Shown here: piece by piece, positions 1-12,261 of the stretch
How positions within the stretch are numbered: position 1 is the first letter of the stretch
Layout of the letters: each line of letters opens with the position of its first letter
Program-made: the position numbers and the translations under genes
The notes under the pieces: model-generated
The model's input: the letters and a program-made list of their open reading frames with translations, nothing else
Databases searched by the model: none
Told to the model about the DNA's origin: nothing
Assembly (NCBI GenBank): GCA_965202585.1
Contig: OZ241826.1
Location: forward strand, 93,124,001 to 93,188,000
Direction: 5' to 3'
From: Thalia democratica
Lineage: Eukaryota
Length of the DNA stretch: 64,000 bases

Positions 1-341
1 TTTTTAAATAAACAACTTTATATAAAGTTAATTTTAATATAATAATAAAAAGAAAAGTTTAGGTTTCATTTTGGCCGTAATAATTGTATAATGATTAAAA
101 TTTTTAATTTATAGCTTGCAGCTTGATAGAAAGAAAAGCATTTAATTTTTAAATAGTCCTAACCGGTTATTTTTTGGAATTTTGACACCAAGATCAATGG
201 TTATCGAACGATTTACATTGTAAAAGATTAAAATTTTGTCTTTCTTTTTTCAAAAGCTAGTTTTTTATTAACATGAAAAATTTATAACATAAATTTTGAA
301 AGAAGTAACTAGCAAATATAAATTATTAAACTTTTTAAATG

Positions 342-1586
342 TTAAGGGCATAAGGGGTTCTAACATTTTAAATAAATAAATAAGCCTTACATATCAAAGC
401 TTAAGTTATATACTATAAGATAGTTTTTACAAAACTAATAACTAATTACTTTTGAGATATAACAATTTTTGTAAAATAATTCGGATACAACTTTGGAATT
501 TAAAATTTTAAGAACAATTTTCTCATAAATAAAACAAATTCATTGAAAACCTATCTCGTCCTTCATTTTAAAAGCAATATAATTTAAAATATCATGAAAT
601 GTATTTTAAAACAAACTTGGTTAAAATTTGATCAATAATTTTTTTGGTTTAATGACCTGGATAGCAAAAATACCTCTCGGTCATCGAGTTGCATACCCAA
701 ACTTAATAAAAATTAAAATGAGCTAAAAATGAAAAAGAAATTTAAACTCTAAAACGAAGAGCTCGATGAAAATGAGATTATTAAACTTTACAACCAACAT
801 TTAATGTTTTTCTGAAAAAGAAAAAAAAAAATAAAATAAAAATGTTTGATGTTTTTATTTTTTTATGTGTGTTTAAGAATTTCGACTCTACTACCAACTT
901 ATTTTAAATTATTCGAAAATAATTAAAAGTAAGTTAAACTATAACATTAAAAAAAAATATATAAAAAATAAAGCTGCAATACTTAAAAAAAAGTAAAATA
1001 AAGCTGTTTTCATAAAAAAATGCTTAAACTAAAGTATAGTATAAAACAAATATATCATTTTTATCTTTTTTTTACAAACTTGAAAAATATATAAATATAT
1101 GAGTTTAACTATACCAAAATAATAATGTAAACAACCACAATAAACACTGAAAATAGTAAATAACTTTTTACTTTTTGAAAAATACAAATAAATAGTAAAA
1201 ATATATAAATAACAATATTATTAAGATAAAAAACACTAATAATCATAAAATAAGTCAACCTATTACTAGTTTAAAATTTTATCAGTGATTTTAGCTCATA
1301 ATTTAAATTTTTAACCTTCTTTGTTTAAAACAAAATAGCATTAAAAATGTTATGATAGAAATTATTTAAAAAAATATTATTTATTATTAAAAAAAAATAT
1401 ATAAGTCTGTTTCTAACAAGTTGTTTAAAATTTATAAAAAACTACTCTGAATCTCACTTAGGTCCCTTATATCTTCTTAGCTATTTTTAATCCAACAAGC
1501 GGTAAAGTGTAAAAAGTATATTATCTGATTATAAACAAAAAAAGACAAAATTTGAAAAAAAAATTGTAGTCCCCCTATGCCCTTAA
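342..1586. mobile_element. Non-autonomous DNA element with TTAA target duplication (Kolobok-like MITE)
   Basis: TTAA at 342-345, then GGGCATAAGGGGTTCTA. The right end reads TAGTCCCCCTATGCCC, then TTAA at 1583-1586. Imperfect terminal inverted repeats, RR termini and TTAA flanks fit Kolobok. No ORF. Confidence 0.5.
655..697 (-). repeat. Dispersed repeat family R1 copy (diverged)
   Basis: Reverse complement GGTATGCAACTCGATGACCGAGAGGTATTTTTGCTATCCAGGT resembles the R1 consensus GGTGTACGACTCGATAACCGAAAGGTTTTTTCGTGCACCAGGT. Confidence 0.5.
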
Positions 1587-2670
1587 ATTAGTTTATTGGA
1601 AAATTTATAAAATATTTGATAATATTTTTTTAATTCTATGAGTCTATTATATAAACTATATAAAGCTTTCGATCTAATTTTAATACAGGTTAAAAACAAC
1701 AGTTTTTTGCTGAATTCTATCATCAAACTTCCAGTACATCACTTAAACCTTCTGTGTATGATTGATGTTTGTAATAAACAGCTCTATCAACAAAATACTT
1801 GTATCATTACCTTATAAACACAGATTTTCTGAAAAAAGACACAATTTTTTATCATTTCCTAGCATAAATGTATCTAAATAAACAAATGACATATAAGGAA
1901 CTTTTACAATTTAAACTTTGAATTAATAACAAACTTTCACAACTAAAATCTTAAAACAATAACATATTTTTACAGTTGAAACCTTTTAAACTATTTAATA
2001 TAAAATCCTTAAATTAAAAATCAACTAAAAAAGAATATACTTAAGTAACTGTAAAAAAAGACATAAAAAAATAAACTAAATATCTGTTGTATAAAATATT
2101 TCCTCTTATCATTTAGTATAAAATTTGTAACAAAAGATTATAGTCTTATTTACTTTAAAAACTTCAGTTACTATACAAAGAATACAAATAATAAGTAAAC
2201 TTAATCTTGGCATATACCTCTCTTATAACTTATTTTATAAATTTAAAAACCTTTGAAAAAATTATAAAGAGGTAAAGTATACACATTAACTTGTTACATA
2301 AAATACTAAACTAACTGTTTAGTTATAAAGAACTTAATAATTTACTTAAAAAAAAAACTTAGATTCTAAAATTATGCTAGATATATCACAGTTTCACTAT
2401 GGAAGTGTCCTTGCTACAGATCATCAATACTAAAAAGCTTACAAAATCTGCTTGTTCATGTAGGGTACTTGTTCAATATGTTAATAGAAAATTTTTGCAG
2501 TTTTATAAAGGATTTTTTACTAATTTATACTAGATGAAGGCATTAGAAATAAAATTAAATATTTTTGTAAATTTTAGGAAAATTTTGGAACTTTTTTCTG
2601 ACTTTAAAGGATATTTAATTAATTTTTTACCATTTGAAGGCTTTGGAAAACAAGGAATTTTGTAAATTTA

Positions 2671-2818
2671 AACTGACAAAATCTGACTTTTTTTAAATTG
2701 TATCAAATTTCTGACTTTTTTTTAAAACCCCCCATTTTTTCCTGACTTTTCCTGACTTTTGTCATTTTTTAAAATTTTTCCTGACTTTTCCTGATTCCCT
2801 GACCAAGTTGCAACCCTG
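2671..2818 (-). mobile_element. Solo terminus of a DNA transposon (CAGGGTTGCAAC end with subterminal CTGAC repeats)
   Basis: Ends in GTTGCAACCCTG at 2818, preceded by many TTCCTGAC/TCTGAC repeats. No partner end found in the window. Confidence 0.35.
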
Positions 2819-3375
2819 ACCATGTGTACTAGGTAAAATATTTGTTCAGTCCTGGTGAGGGAAAAATTAATAATCTTTAGTAAAATCTAAATGAAGTGTA
2901 TTTTCAAGATTTTTAACTATTTTTATAATAAAAAGAAAAGATTCTTTTTTTTTTTAACAATAATTATTCAAAATCATTATTTGAAATACCTTCTGTAAAC
3001 TTTTCTTTAATTTCAATAATAAATTTAATGAAGTTGTTGGCCATTTTTAATTCTAAACAAAATCTGAAAATAAACAAAGCTATGATAAAATTTTCTATTT
3101 AATCATAGCTTAAAAATATAAATGTATAATCTTGTATAGAAGATAAATAGTATGAGGGTCAATCTCACATTTAAATATGTTTGATTAGTGTTTATTTTTT
3201 AATTTTTCATTATATCACCCTGTTGTTACTAGGATAACTAGTTAATACTTCTTGTTTTTTATTTTTGTTTATATTATTTTGTTGTTAATAAGAACAATTT
3301 GTTAAAAGTTTTAAAGTTGAAAGTCGAAAGTCAGCAAAAAACTGGGAATTCCGGAACATGTACAATCGGACCCTA

Positions 3376-3435
3376 TGACTCGATAACCGAAAGGTTTTTT
3401 CGTGCACCAGGTCCTAGGACCAAATCTTTGAGCGC
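3376..3435 (+). repeat. Dispersed repeat family R1 copy
   Basis: GACTCGATAACCGAAAGGTTTTTTCGTGCACCAGGTCCTAGGACCAAA recurs at 4130, 25587, 34288 and 39630 (reverse). Confidence 0.7.
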
Positions 3436-3712
3436 ATTTTTTTTCGTTTAATAATTAATTTGTTAGTAAATATATTTGATTAACATATAAAAACTATAAA
3501 AAAAAATATTTCCGACTACCTATATAACTGTAAAAGTAACAAAAGCTTGGCCAGTTTACTTAAAACTCAGTCTGATTCGACATTTACTGAGTCAGCAAAA
3601 CAGGAAGATTTATTTCAATATATTTTTTATTTTAATTTTTTAAGTTTATTAATTGATTAATATTTAAAATTTTTTGGTAAAGTAGGTTAATAATAAGGTT
3701 TAATGAAAAACT

Positions 3713-3867
3713 AACAATAACAAGCTTTAGAATAATTTGCTGACTCAGAAAATATGCAAATCAGACTGATCTTTGAGTATATACTGTATATTATACAATA
3801 TACTCAAAGATCAGTCTGATTTGCATATTTTCTGAGTCAGCAAATTATTCTAAAGCTTGTTATTGTT
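3713..3867. repeat. Near-perfect 155-bp palindrome
   Basis: Arm 3713-3782 is the reverse complement of 3798-3867. The centre carries a further TGTATA/TATACA stem. Confidence 0.9.
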
Positions 3868-4129
3868 TTCTTTTTTAGCTTTTTTAAACTTTATTATACA
3901 GTGTATAAAAAATTTCAAAATTTGCAGCTAACTTGTAAATGTAAAAAACTTGCGTATTTTTATAATAAATTAAAACTTCAAAACTTAAGTAGTAACTTTT
4001 TAAATGTTTTGTTAAACTATTGATTGGAAATTTTTCAGTACTTTTCGTAAAACGTTCTACGCCTCGGTTGGTTTAAATTTTGATTCAAAACTCAATTAAT
4101 ACTATAAAAGTTGTACAAATTGTATAAAA

Positions 4130-4197
4130 GTGGTGTACGACTCAATAACCAAAAGGTTTTTTCGTACATCCCATTTTTAGACAAAAATTTTTGATCG
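4130..4197 (+). repeat. Dispersed repeat family R1 copy
   Basis: GTGGTGTACGACTCAATAACCAAAAGGTTTTTTCGTAC matches the other R1 copies. Confidence 0.65.
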
Positions 4198-6037
4198 TTT
4201 TTTTTACCGTTTATAAAACAAAATAGATAAGACTTCATCTATAAACTTAGATTCAGCTATACAAAGTAAAATTAATTGGTTTATTATATTTTAATAAGTT
4301 GGAGAAAAAAAAGTAGTATGAAAGTAAAAAATCAGTATATGTAGTTGACCATTATTAAACATATTCAAGTAACAAGGGGTATATCTTAATAATAACTTTA
4401 CAGTTATTTTAAAAACTGAATAAGTTACAAACGTTTCTTATTTATATTTAAGCAAAATATTAAACAGTACAATGCTTTTATTGTTAAATATTTACAAAAA
4501 CGCAAAGTTTATCTATAGTTTAACATTGTTTAATAAACTAACTTATTTTATTGTTTTCAGTTTGACTTAATTTACTTTTTTCTTAAACTATATAAAACTT
4601 CTTAAATAACACATATAAGTTAATCATATTCGTTCAATGTTATTTTTATAAACCGGCTTATTAATTAAAAATCATAAGAACATTTTAAGTAATGGTTTAA
4701 TAAATATTTAGTTTTATAAATATTTTACAAAAAAAGGTATGTTTATGAAAAATAAAGTTATAGCATAATAAGTTCAAACGTTTTTTCCTTTACGGAAAAA
4801 ATAATTCTTTTTTAGTCTAAAATGACAATTTACTAACATTATACAAACTTAAATAGCTTTAAAACTATTTGAAGAGTTTTATTTTTATTTGAAAGCGATT
4901 GGTTTTAGATTAAAAGTTTTAATTATAAATTAGTATTATATTATAGTGTTTTTGTCAGGTTAACAAAAAGATTCGTATAACAAAGTACACTTTACAACAT
5001 GAAATAAATTTTTCTCGATCATTTCTAGTATTAAAATAATAAACAAATCAAATTATAATATATGAAAATACAGTAAAGCCTTGAATTATTAAAAAGTTTT
5101 ACTTTTGTCTCACTAGAAAAAACTTGATTTGCTTTTTATATAATAAGTTAGTTTAGTAAAGTAATTTGTTTTATAACTATCTAATTTAGTTTAAAAAGTA
5201 AAAATATAATTTTAGTTAAAAAAACCGTAAACGTAAAATAAAATTTGTAAAATAAATAGTCAAATGACATATTAACAAAACTACAGACTAATAAAATAAA
5301 GATTAACATTTATAACTATCGTAGTTATGATTGTAAACTAAATTAATCATTAAAAGATAATTAGAACAAAACTTATTTATAAACTCTCAAGTCTCAGTAT
5401 CATAATTTTATGTTTTAGTTTACATGCCTCTCAATTAACAATTAAAATTAAATTTCAGTGGTGATTTCTTTTATGTTGTGTATAAAAGAATGCAAAATTA
5501 AATTATTAAAATGTTTATACTTAAGACTTGAACTTTTTTAAATTTGTAATTAACACAGAATTGTACTCAATACTTAATTGAATTTAAAAAATAAGTGGTA
5601 AATATGACAAGTAATATACCTGATTTGTTAATTGTACTTAAGTATTTAAATTATTATTATTTTAATTTTTAATTTTCGAACAATTAATGAGAACTTAAAT
5701 ATTATTTCATAAAAAATGTTTCACTTTTAGTATTAATAACATCACATACAAAACTAGAAAATTAAGGTTACTAGATACACATTTTTTCAAATAGCTTCAA
5801 ATGCAGTAAAATTTCAGCATTTGTGTTTTATTTAAAGCCCACGTTTACCGATATTATATGTGTCAAAAAAAGATAATTAGGTTTTTACTGAAAAAAAAAA
5901 TTAAAATAAACTTCTTTAAGTAGATAAACAAAAATTTAAATTAGAATAACGAAAAAACTATAGTTTAATTTGACCTTCTACAGTTTGTTAGTTTTCTTTA
6001 ATTGTCTAAAAGCATTGAGCAGTGCAGTGACAACCCT

Positions 6038-7672
6038 ATGACAAGCAGTACATTGGCAAGTATCAGTGAGGTGACAAGTCCAGCTATGAAGAGCGAAGAG
6101 TTAGATAACGATCTCAAAAATTTGTGCATTCTCAAGTTTGGGAAAGAAGTTGGTTTGCAAAAATTTAATGGCTTGATGGATTACCCTGTAGGTAAAGTGC
6201 TAAGTAGAACAATTCCTAAAGTAAAATATCTGAAAGCAGATAACCCTGTCCAAAAAAGCAACATTAAGAAGTGTGAGTGTTTTATCGACACTATTAATTC
6301 TGCAGGTGAGTCCATAATAGATCAAAATGTATTAAAAGAAGAAACAATTAGTTCTAAATCAGAAGAACGTCCTAAGAACTATTTAGATCTATCTGACACA
6401 AGTATTGTAGATCCCACTGCTTCCACATCTATGGTTTTGAACACTTTAACATCAACACCTGATCGAGAAATGAATGTCAGTAAGAACAAAAACGCCGAAC
6501 CGGAGCCTGGATCGTCAAAAAAGAGAATTGAAGGTATTTATCAAAAGACATTTTCTTTCGGTGTTGACTCCGATGGACTAATGGTTATTTATGAACGGGA
6601 TCTTATTGATTTCTTACTTAATCCTATGAACAGTTATGCAAATCTTCGAAAATGGGACCGACTGATGCAACGTGAGGCATCTAAGCTTCTCAACAAAAAG
6701 AATTCTGGATTGATCAAGACTCTTCCCGACCTGATTGAAAAAGTGAGCGATTTTGAAACAAATTCTTCTCGTTATACTGGAAAATCTAACGATGTTGAAA
6801 GCAAGACTTCGCAAGTGAAACGGTTTGATACCCCTTCGAAGAATATCGAACCAGCAAAAATGAAAGGGCAATTTGCAGATTCGGGTGAATTCTCAGGCAA
6901 CGAAAATTCAACTGCAGCTCGTTGTTTTAGGAAGCAAGCGGCTGGTTGCCCGGAATTGAAAAAGTCTTTGCTAGAATTTCCTCCATTGGAAGATTGGAAA
7001 ATTAAGAGTAGCTCGCTGAATAAATCTTCTGAAAATAGACCGATAAAAGCCTCTTCAAAGCAAACAAAACCAGCTGGTTTACCTAAACAAGAGAAGAACG
7101 CCAGTAAGAGTAGCAACTCCAAACCGGTACCTAGACTTTTGAAAGTAAGAGGCAAAAATGCAAAGCAAAATACATTGTCTTTCGATGTTGACTCCAACGG
7201 TAAAGTGATCATTAATAACCAGAGCCTGGCAAAGTTTCTACTTTGTCCCACGAACCGTTATTCTAATCTTCAAAGTTGGGACTCATTGATGGTAGACCAG
7301 TTGTCTGAGCTTCTCCAAAGCGAGGCACCTGGATTGCCAAAAGTATCTGAAAGCAAGAAAGAATTAAAGTTGAAAACCTCTACCAACGCTGAGGCTGCTC
7401 GTGAAGATGATAAGTTGTTTGATTATTCGTTCCGTGACTTTCCTCCGCTTGAAAGCAGTCCAGGTATCCCAAAAAGTTCGCAAAAGAAATCTAATGCAAA
7501 TGAACAGTCTAACAAAAAGGTACCTTGTCAGTGTAGTGCAAACATTGAGTTTAAAAAAAAAGCAAACAAGTTCAAAACTCGTTACAGTAAGATTATTAGA
7601 AAAGTGAGTAGATGTCCGAACGATCCATCAAAACTCCGCGTCCATTGCTTCAATCCTGATGATTCGATCTGA
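6038..7672 (+). CDS. Uncharacterised Ser/Lys-rich protein (~544 aa) with a duplicated ~57-aa internal domain
   Basis: 1.6-kb stop-free ORF in very AT-rich DNA. First ATG at 6038 (track start 6002 is TTG), possible splice acceptor CTACAG at 5978-5983, AATAAA at 7785. No family recognised. Confidence 0.8.
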   Translation: MTSSTLASISEVTSPAMKSEELDNDLKNLCILKFGKEVGLQKFNGLMDYPVGKVLSRTIPKVKYLKADNPVQKSNIKKCECFIDTINSAGESIIDQNVLKEETISSKSEERPKNYLDLSDTSIVDPTASTSMVLNTLTSTPDREMNVSKNKNAEPEPGSSKKRIEGIYQKTFSFGVDSDGLMVIYERDLIDFLLNPMNSYANLRKWDRLMQREASKLLNKKNSGLIKTLPDLIEKVSDFETNSSRYTGKSNDVESKTSQVKRFDTPSKNIEPAKMKGQFADSGEFSGNENSTAARCFRKQAAGCPELKKSLLEFPPLEDWKIKSSSLNKSSENRPIKASSKQTKPAGLPKQEKNASKSSNSKPVPRLLKVRGKNAKQNTLSFDVDSNGKVIINNQSLAKFLLCPTNRYSNLQSWDSLMVDQLSELLQSEAPGLPKVSESKKELKLKTSTNAEAAREDDKLFDYSFRDFPPLESSPGIPKSSQKKSNANEQSNKKVPCQCSANIEFKKKANKFKTRYSKIIRKVSRCPNDPSKLRVHCFNPDDSI

Positions 7673-7784
7673 ATGGACACTGATGAAGATGACTGAATGT
7701 TTGTTTAATTTCTGATGTGTGATTATTGGTATTTCTGTTCACTATTTACTTGTTTCGTTCGTTATGTGAAATGTTTATTTTATC

Positions 7785-7790
7785 AATAAA
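7785..7790 (+). other. Candidate polyadenylation signal
   Basis: AATAAA about 110 nt after the stop of the 6038-7672 ORF, followed by GT-rich sequence. Confidence 0.45.
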
Positions 7791-7874
7791 CTAACACTGC
7801 ACTATGTTTCAGTGTTTGTATGTACATGTTTGTTTATTAACTTGTAATGTTGCTATCGTGTGAATATCTAAATC

Positions 7875-8245
7875 AAGCTAACGTTAAGAATTACGTTAAT
7901 ATATTATTTAGAAAAATCTAAAAATGAATCCAGCTACATCAACAAGTTTTATTAAAGAGTAATGGAGCAAATACTATTTAACTTTTTAACAGTATCGAAA
8001 AGATTTAAAAAAATCAGATTAGTTACTAAATATATATAGTCATAACATTTTTTCAAATAGCTGTTTATTTATTCTAATCGTTTAGCTATTTAGAAGTTTT
8101 ACTACAACTTAATTTAAATTTGGTTCTGCTTTATAATTTTTAGTTTAGGTACGAACTCCTTAAAAGCTAAAGTTTGTTTTACTAATTATATGGAAAAATA
8201 TTATAACAATGTTTTACAATTTATGCTTCAGAAGAAAAAAAAAAA
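7875..8245 (+). repeat. Segment X, duplicated at 31268-31637
   Basis: AACGTTAAGAATTACGTTAAT...TGCTTCAGAAGAAAAAA aligns colinearly with 31268-31637. Confidence 0.85.
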
Positions 8246-10605
8246 CAATTTATGATATATACAACCTTGTATGTAGTGTATAGTTAGTATAAGGTAAAAA
8301 AAGAAATAATTAAGTTCTGTGATATGTTTATTTATAAGTATTTTTTACAAGTATTTTTTACTTCATATTATACATTTATGCCTTGGGTATGTGCATTTCA
8401 TTTGAGCCAAAATACTAAAAAACTTAATCTTTTACTAATCAGTATAAAAGTTACTTTTGAAACTTTTTGTTTATGTACAACAACTTTAACTTCATATTAC
8501 AAAACACCGCTTTGTAAATTTGTTAACTTATTGAAATCTTATACTTTACATGTTTTAAAGTAAGAATTTTTCATTTTATAATACAAGTTTAATGATTTAG
8601 TTTGTTAAATTTAAGTAAACAAAAAATAATTAATTCATATAGGTTCAAGATTGATAAAAGGTTTCGAAAAATAACAAAAAGCCACTAGTTAAACGCTTAT
8701 GTGCAATATAAAACTGTTAATATCTTTCAATAGAAAATAGTAAATACGTAAATATTACTAAAATTAATTAAAAAGCCGTAGAATATTTTTTTTTCAAATT
8801 AAACGCAGAAAAAACGATTAAAGTAATTACAGGCCTACTCATGCTTGTTTATGCCTTTTGAGACTATTTCTAAACTCAAGATTATTTGATATTTTAGTAA
8901 AAATTCCGTCTAAATAAAAATTTAGTAAATTTCATACATTTAGTACAACTTATGATTTTGTTTTATAAAAAAAGCTTGTTGTTTTTGTTATTTACTTTTT
9001 TATTAGTATTTGACTAAAATTGACTATATTTTTTCTTTAACATATTTAACAAAAATTAAAAGCAATAAAGCCGTCCGCTTTCGCTTTGAAAAATAGCAGC
9101 CTTGATTAAACGTGATAAGTAATTTTATAATCTTAATTGGTTTACCTAATGGTATTAAACATATATAAATTAGAACTAATTAAGACCTTAAACAAGAAAG
9201 GTTTTTGTAATTAAAACTATATTTTAACACAAAATATTCAAATAAAATGAAGCTAATCGGGTCATTATCCTTTTCACTTTGAAAGCGTCCGTATAAAAAA
9301 ATTTTGTTCGAAAATAAATCCATTTAATTCAAAAGTATTATAACTGGCGACCATGTCAAGTAAAAAAAAATGATTGATTTAACTAGAATTAAAAATAGAT
9401 TACAACTATTTGTTTTTAGTATTCGGTTACTGCTACTTACTGTGATTGTTATTATAAACCAAGGCTAGTTTTCGGTCATTTTGGCTGATTATTTTCTTTG
9501 AAGATCGGCAATAATGTTACAAGTAAACGTTTTATTTATAGAGCTTTTTTAAGTTGCTTATGCTTCTTTACTAGGTAAGTAAAGTATATGTGCTAGTTAA
9601 AAAATCTAGACCCTCTCTCCTGTCCTGCATTATAGTTTGAAATGAAATAAATAAATAGCTTTTGAAGGATGATTTAAAAAAATAGTAGTCAAAAAGTAGT
9701 TCACATGTTGAGAAACAGATTTTTTGAGTTTTTTTTTTAGGTTGATCAAGAAATCATAAGTTTCAAATTCCACGTTTTAATATTTTTTACTTGATAATGT
9801 GCTTACCTAATTATAAATGTTATCTGTTTTACTAGTAGTATTTTTATTTACCACTTTAAAATAATAGCAAAGTTATAAATAAATTGGTATACTAAAAGCA
9901 TAGTTATCATAATTATGCACATATATAAAATTAGTAAAACGTGGTTTAAATAATATTTTGAAAATATAAGATAAAGTTTTCTGTTTAGTTTTCAAATAAG
10001 TAATCAACTTAAACTTTACTTTTTTAATCAAGCAAAGTAAGCTTTTGTTCTGAAAACAATATGAAGAAAATATTAAATGAGTTAAAAGTCAACAAAAAAT
10101 TAACAAAATTTCTATGTAACATGATTATAAATAATATGTAATATATATATATATATAAAACAATAAATTTTCATAAAAATATCGTTAGTTATGTGCAGCA
10201 TTGATCCACTTTAATTTAATTTTAAAATTAAGAAAAAAAAAGAGCTCTTATATTTTCTTTGACAATCAACAATCTCACTTAAAATTAACGTGTTTAAGTT
10301 AAAAATTAAATTTGCTATAAAATTAATAAAAATAGTTAATTTTATCTTCCTAATCATTTGTTTATCGGTGTAACAGTAATTTTTACTTGTTTTCTAATTA
10401 ACTTCAAAATATTGTAAAAGAAAAAAAATACTAATTCAACATTAAACTTTTTTTTTTTGATAATAAACTTTTTAGATTTATTAGTGATGTTTCTTACCTA
10501 TCAGTTTGTAACTAGTTCTGTAGTCAAACTTTATGTGCTAAATGTTTTAGAAAAATTAACACAAGTAACTTTTCAGTGAATTGTATAAACAGTATTAAAT
10601 AAGCA

Positions 10606-12261
10606 ATGCAACCGTTGAAAGATAAAGTGGAACTTTTTATAGAAAGTCATCCTAACTGCAGCAGTTTTTTACGTGGTCTCATTGAAAAGAGAGAAGGCGA
10701 AATATAGAATGAAACAGAAGATTTCGAAAACGGAAAGGTGCTTGAAAAGTCAATAAAGTTGTGTGGGTACGATGTGGCCAATTTAAAAAAATCAGTTCTT
10801 CCAGGATTCAAATACAAACTCGACCTGCTGAAGACCGACGATCCAGACTATGAGCTCCTTGAAAATTCGATTAAAATCAAGGATGCTTCAGGCAACTCCA
10901 GCTTCGAACCGAACAGTAACAACGAAGCTAAAAGTTTGAAGATATACCGAGTAGTGGCAGCTGAAAACACTTCAACAGGATCGGGTGGTTCAGATAGCGC
11001 TTCGAAAACTCTTTTGCTTCACGGGACGAAAGCACGAAACGTGGAAGGAATCCTGAAGACCGGGTTCAATCCTTCTGAAAAGGGGCTTTTCGGGCCCGGA
11101 GTATATCTGACTGGCAGCTTCAGCGAAGCGTGCATCTACGCCGAGAGTTTTGCCACAGAAAGTAACATGACCAAAAGAATCAGATACTTTTTTGTCAACG
11201 CTGTGGAAGTTTCAGAGAAAGGTTCACAAGCTCTTCTTCAAGACATAAAATCTTTTCAAAAGTATCAAAACTCAGATCCATCCGTGCAAGTTTTCGACTG
11301 TTTGACCAACAATGAAGATTCTGCACCAGACTTGTTTGATAGTAAACATAGAAAAATTTTGCACGGTAGTTTTCATAATACTGAACAAAAAATAGTGTTG
11401 GCTCATCACAGTTTAGTGGTTCCCGCTTATCTAATCGAGATTGAACTAAAAACACATGTGGCCGAAATTGTTAATGGAACGTTTTACAACGGTGGTTTAA
11501 AGTTGGGCAGATACTTTAAGGAAGGCGATTTTTATCAAAAAAGAAGCAGTATTCAAAAAAAAATTTCAGAGTTTTCTTTTGATATGATAGCAAAAGAGCT
11601 GGAAAAAGAAGTTAAAAGAAATTATTATGCAAAAATTGACAGGTTAAATTCTCGATTAGAAGAAGATACCAACAATATCATTAATCAGCTTTCTTTTCAA
11701 TTTAACAGCATTTTCGAATTGAAAAGTGACGAAAAAAGAAAATTCAGTACAGAGCTTGTGCAAAAAGGCAGTGATGACTACAACTTTATTTCATGTTCAT
11801 TCAGTTCTGCGAACGCATTTAAAATCAAACAGCTGTACAGAGTCAACCCTACTGACAAAAACGAATCAGTTAGGTTGGCACGTAAGTACCTTTACCTAAA
11901 CTTAGTGGAAAAAGATCAAGTAAAAAGCGTTTTGACAAGCGGTTATCCAGGAGCCAAGAAATCCGCAGGTATAAAAGGTGCGAAGTTATATTTCGCTGCA
12001 ACATATATAAATTATCGCAATAAAGAAGACTTCAGTTATTTTGAGGTAGATGGCACAGTAAAAAAGTTGCTGTTTGTGTTTGTGTCTGCCACTCAAGACG
12101 GTAATAACTACAATAATTTGGACATGAAAAAAGTTCAAGTTGTCGAGGATAGCAGAAAAAGTTTAGCCGTTAAAGGGTTTTTTGAACATGAATACCTCGA
12201 AACTTTTATCAGTCTCGCTAATTTATTTCCAGCCTACTTAATTGTTTTTGAGTTAGAATAA
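10606..12261 (+). pseudogene. Tandem PARP-like (ADP-ribosyltransferase fold) gene, copy 1, nonsense codon at codon 34
   Basis: ATG at 10606 as in copies 2 and 3. TAG at 10705-10707 where the paralogs have AAG. Motifs LLLHGT, GLFGPGVYLT and PAYLI; second degenerate domain in the C-terminal half. Confidence 0.8.

Noticed and set aside
3344-3352. Perfect kappaB-like GGGAATTCC
   Set aside because: Single 9-mer abutting a repeat copy, 2.7 kb from the nearest ORF. Chance or transposon origin cannot be excluded.
6614-7607. ORFs 6614-6871, 6772-7251 and 7401-7607
   Set aside because: Overlap the long 6038-7672 ORF in antisense or alternative frames with no independent support.
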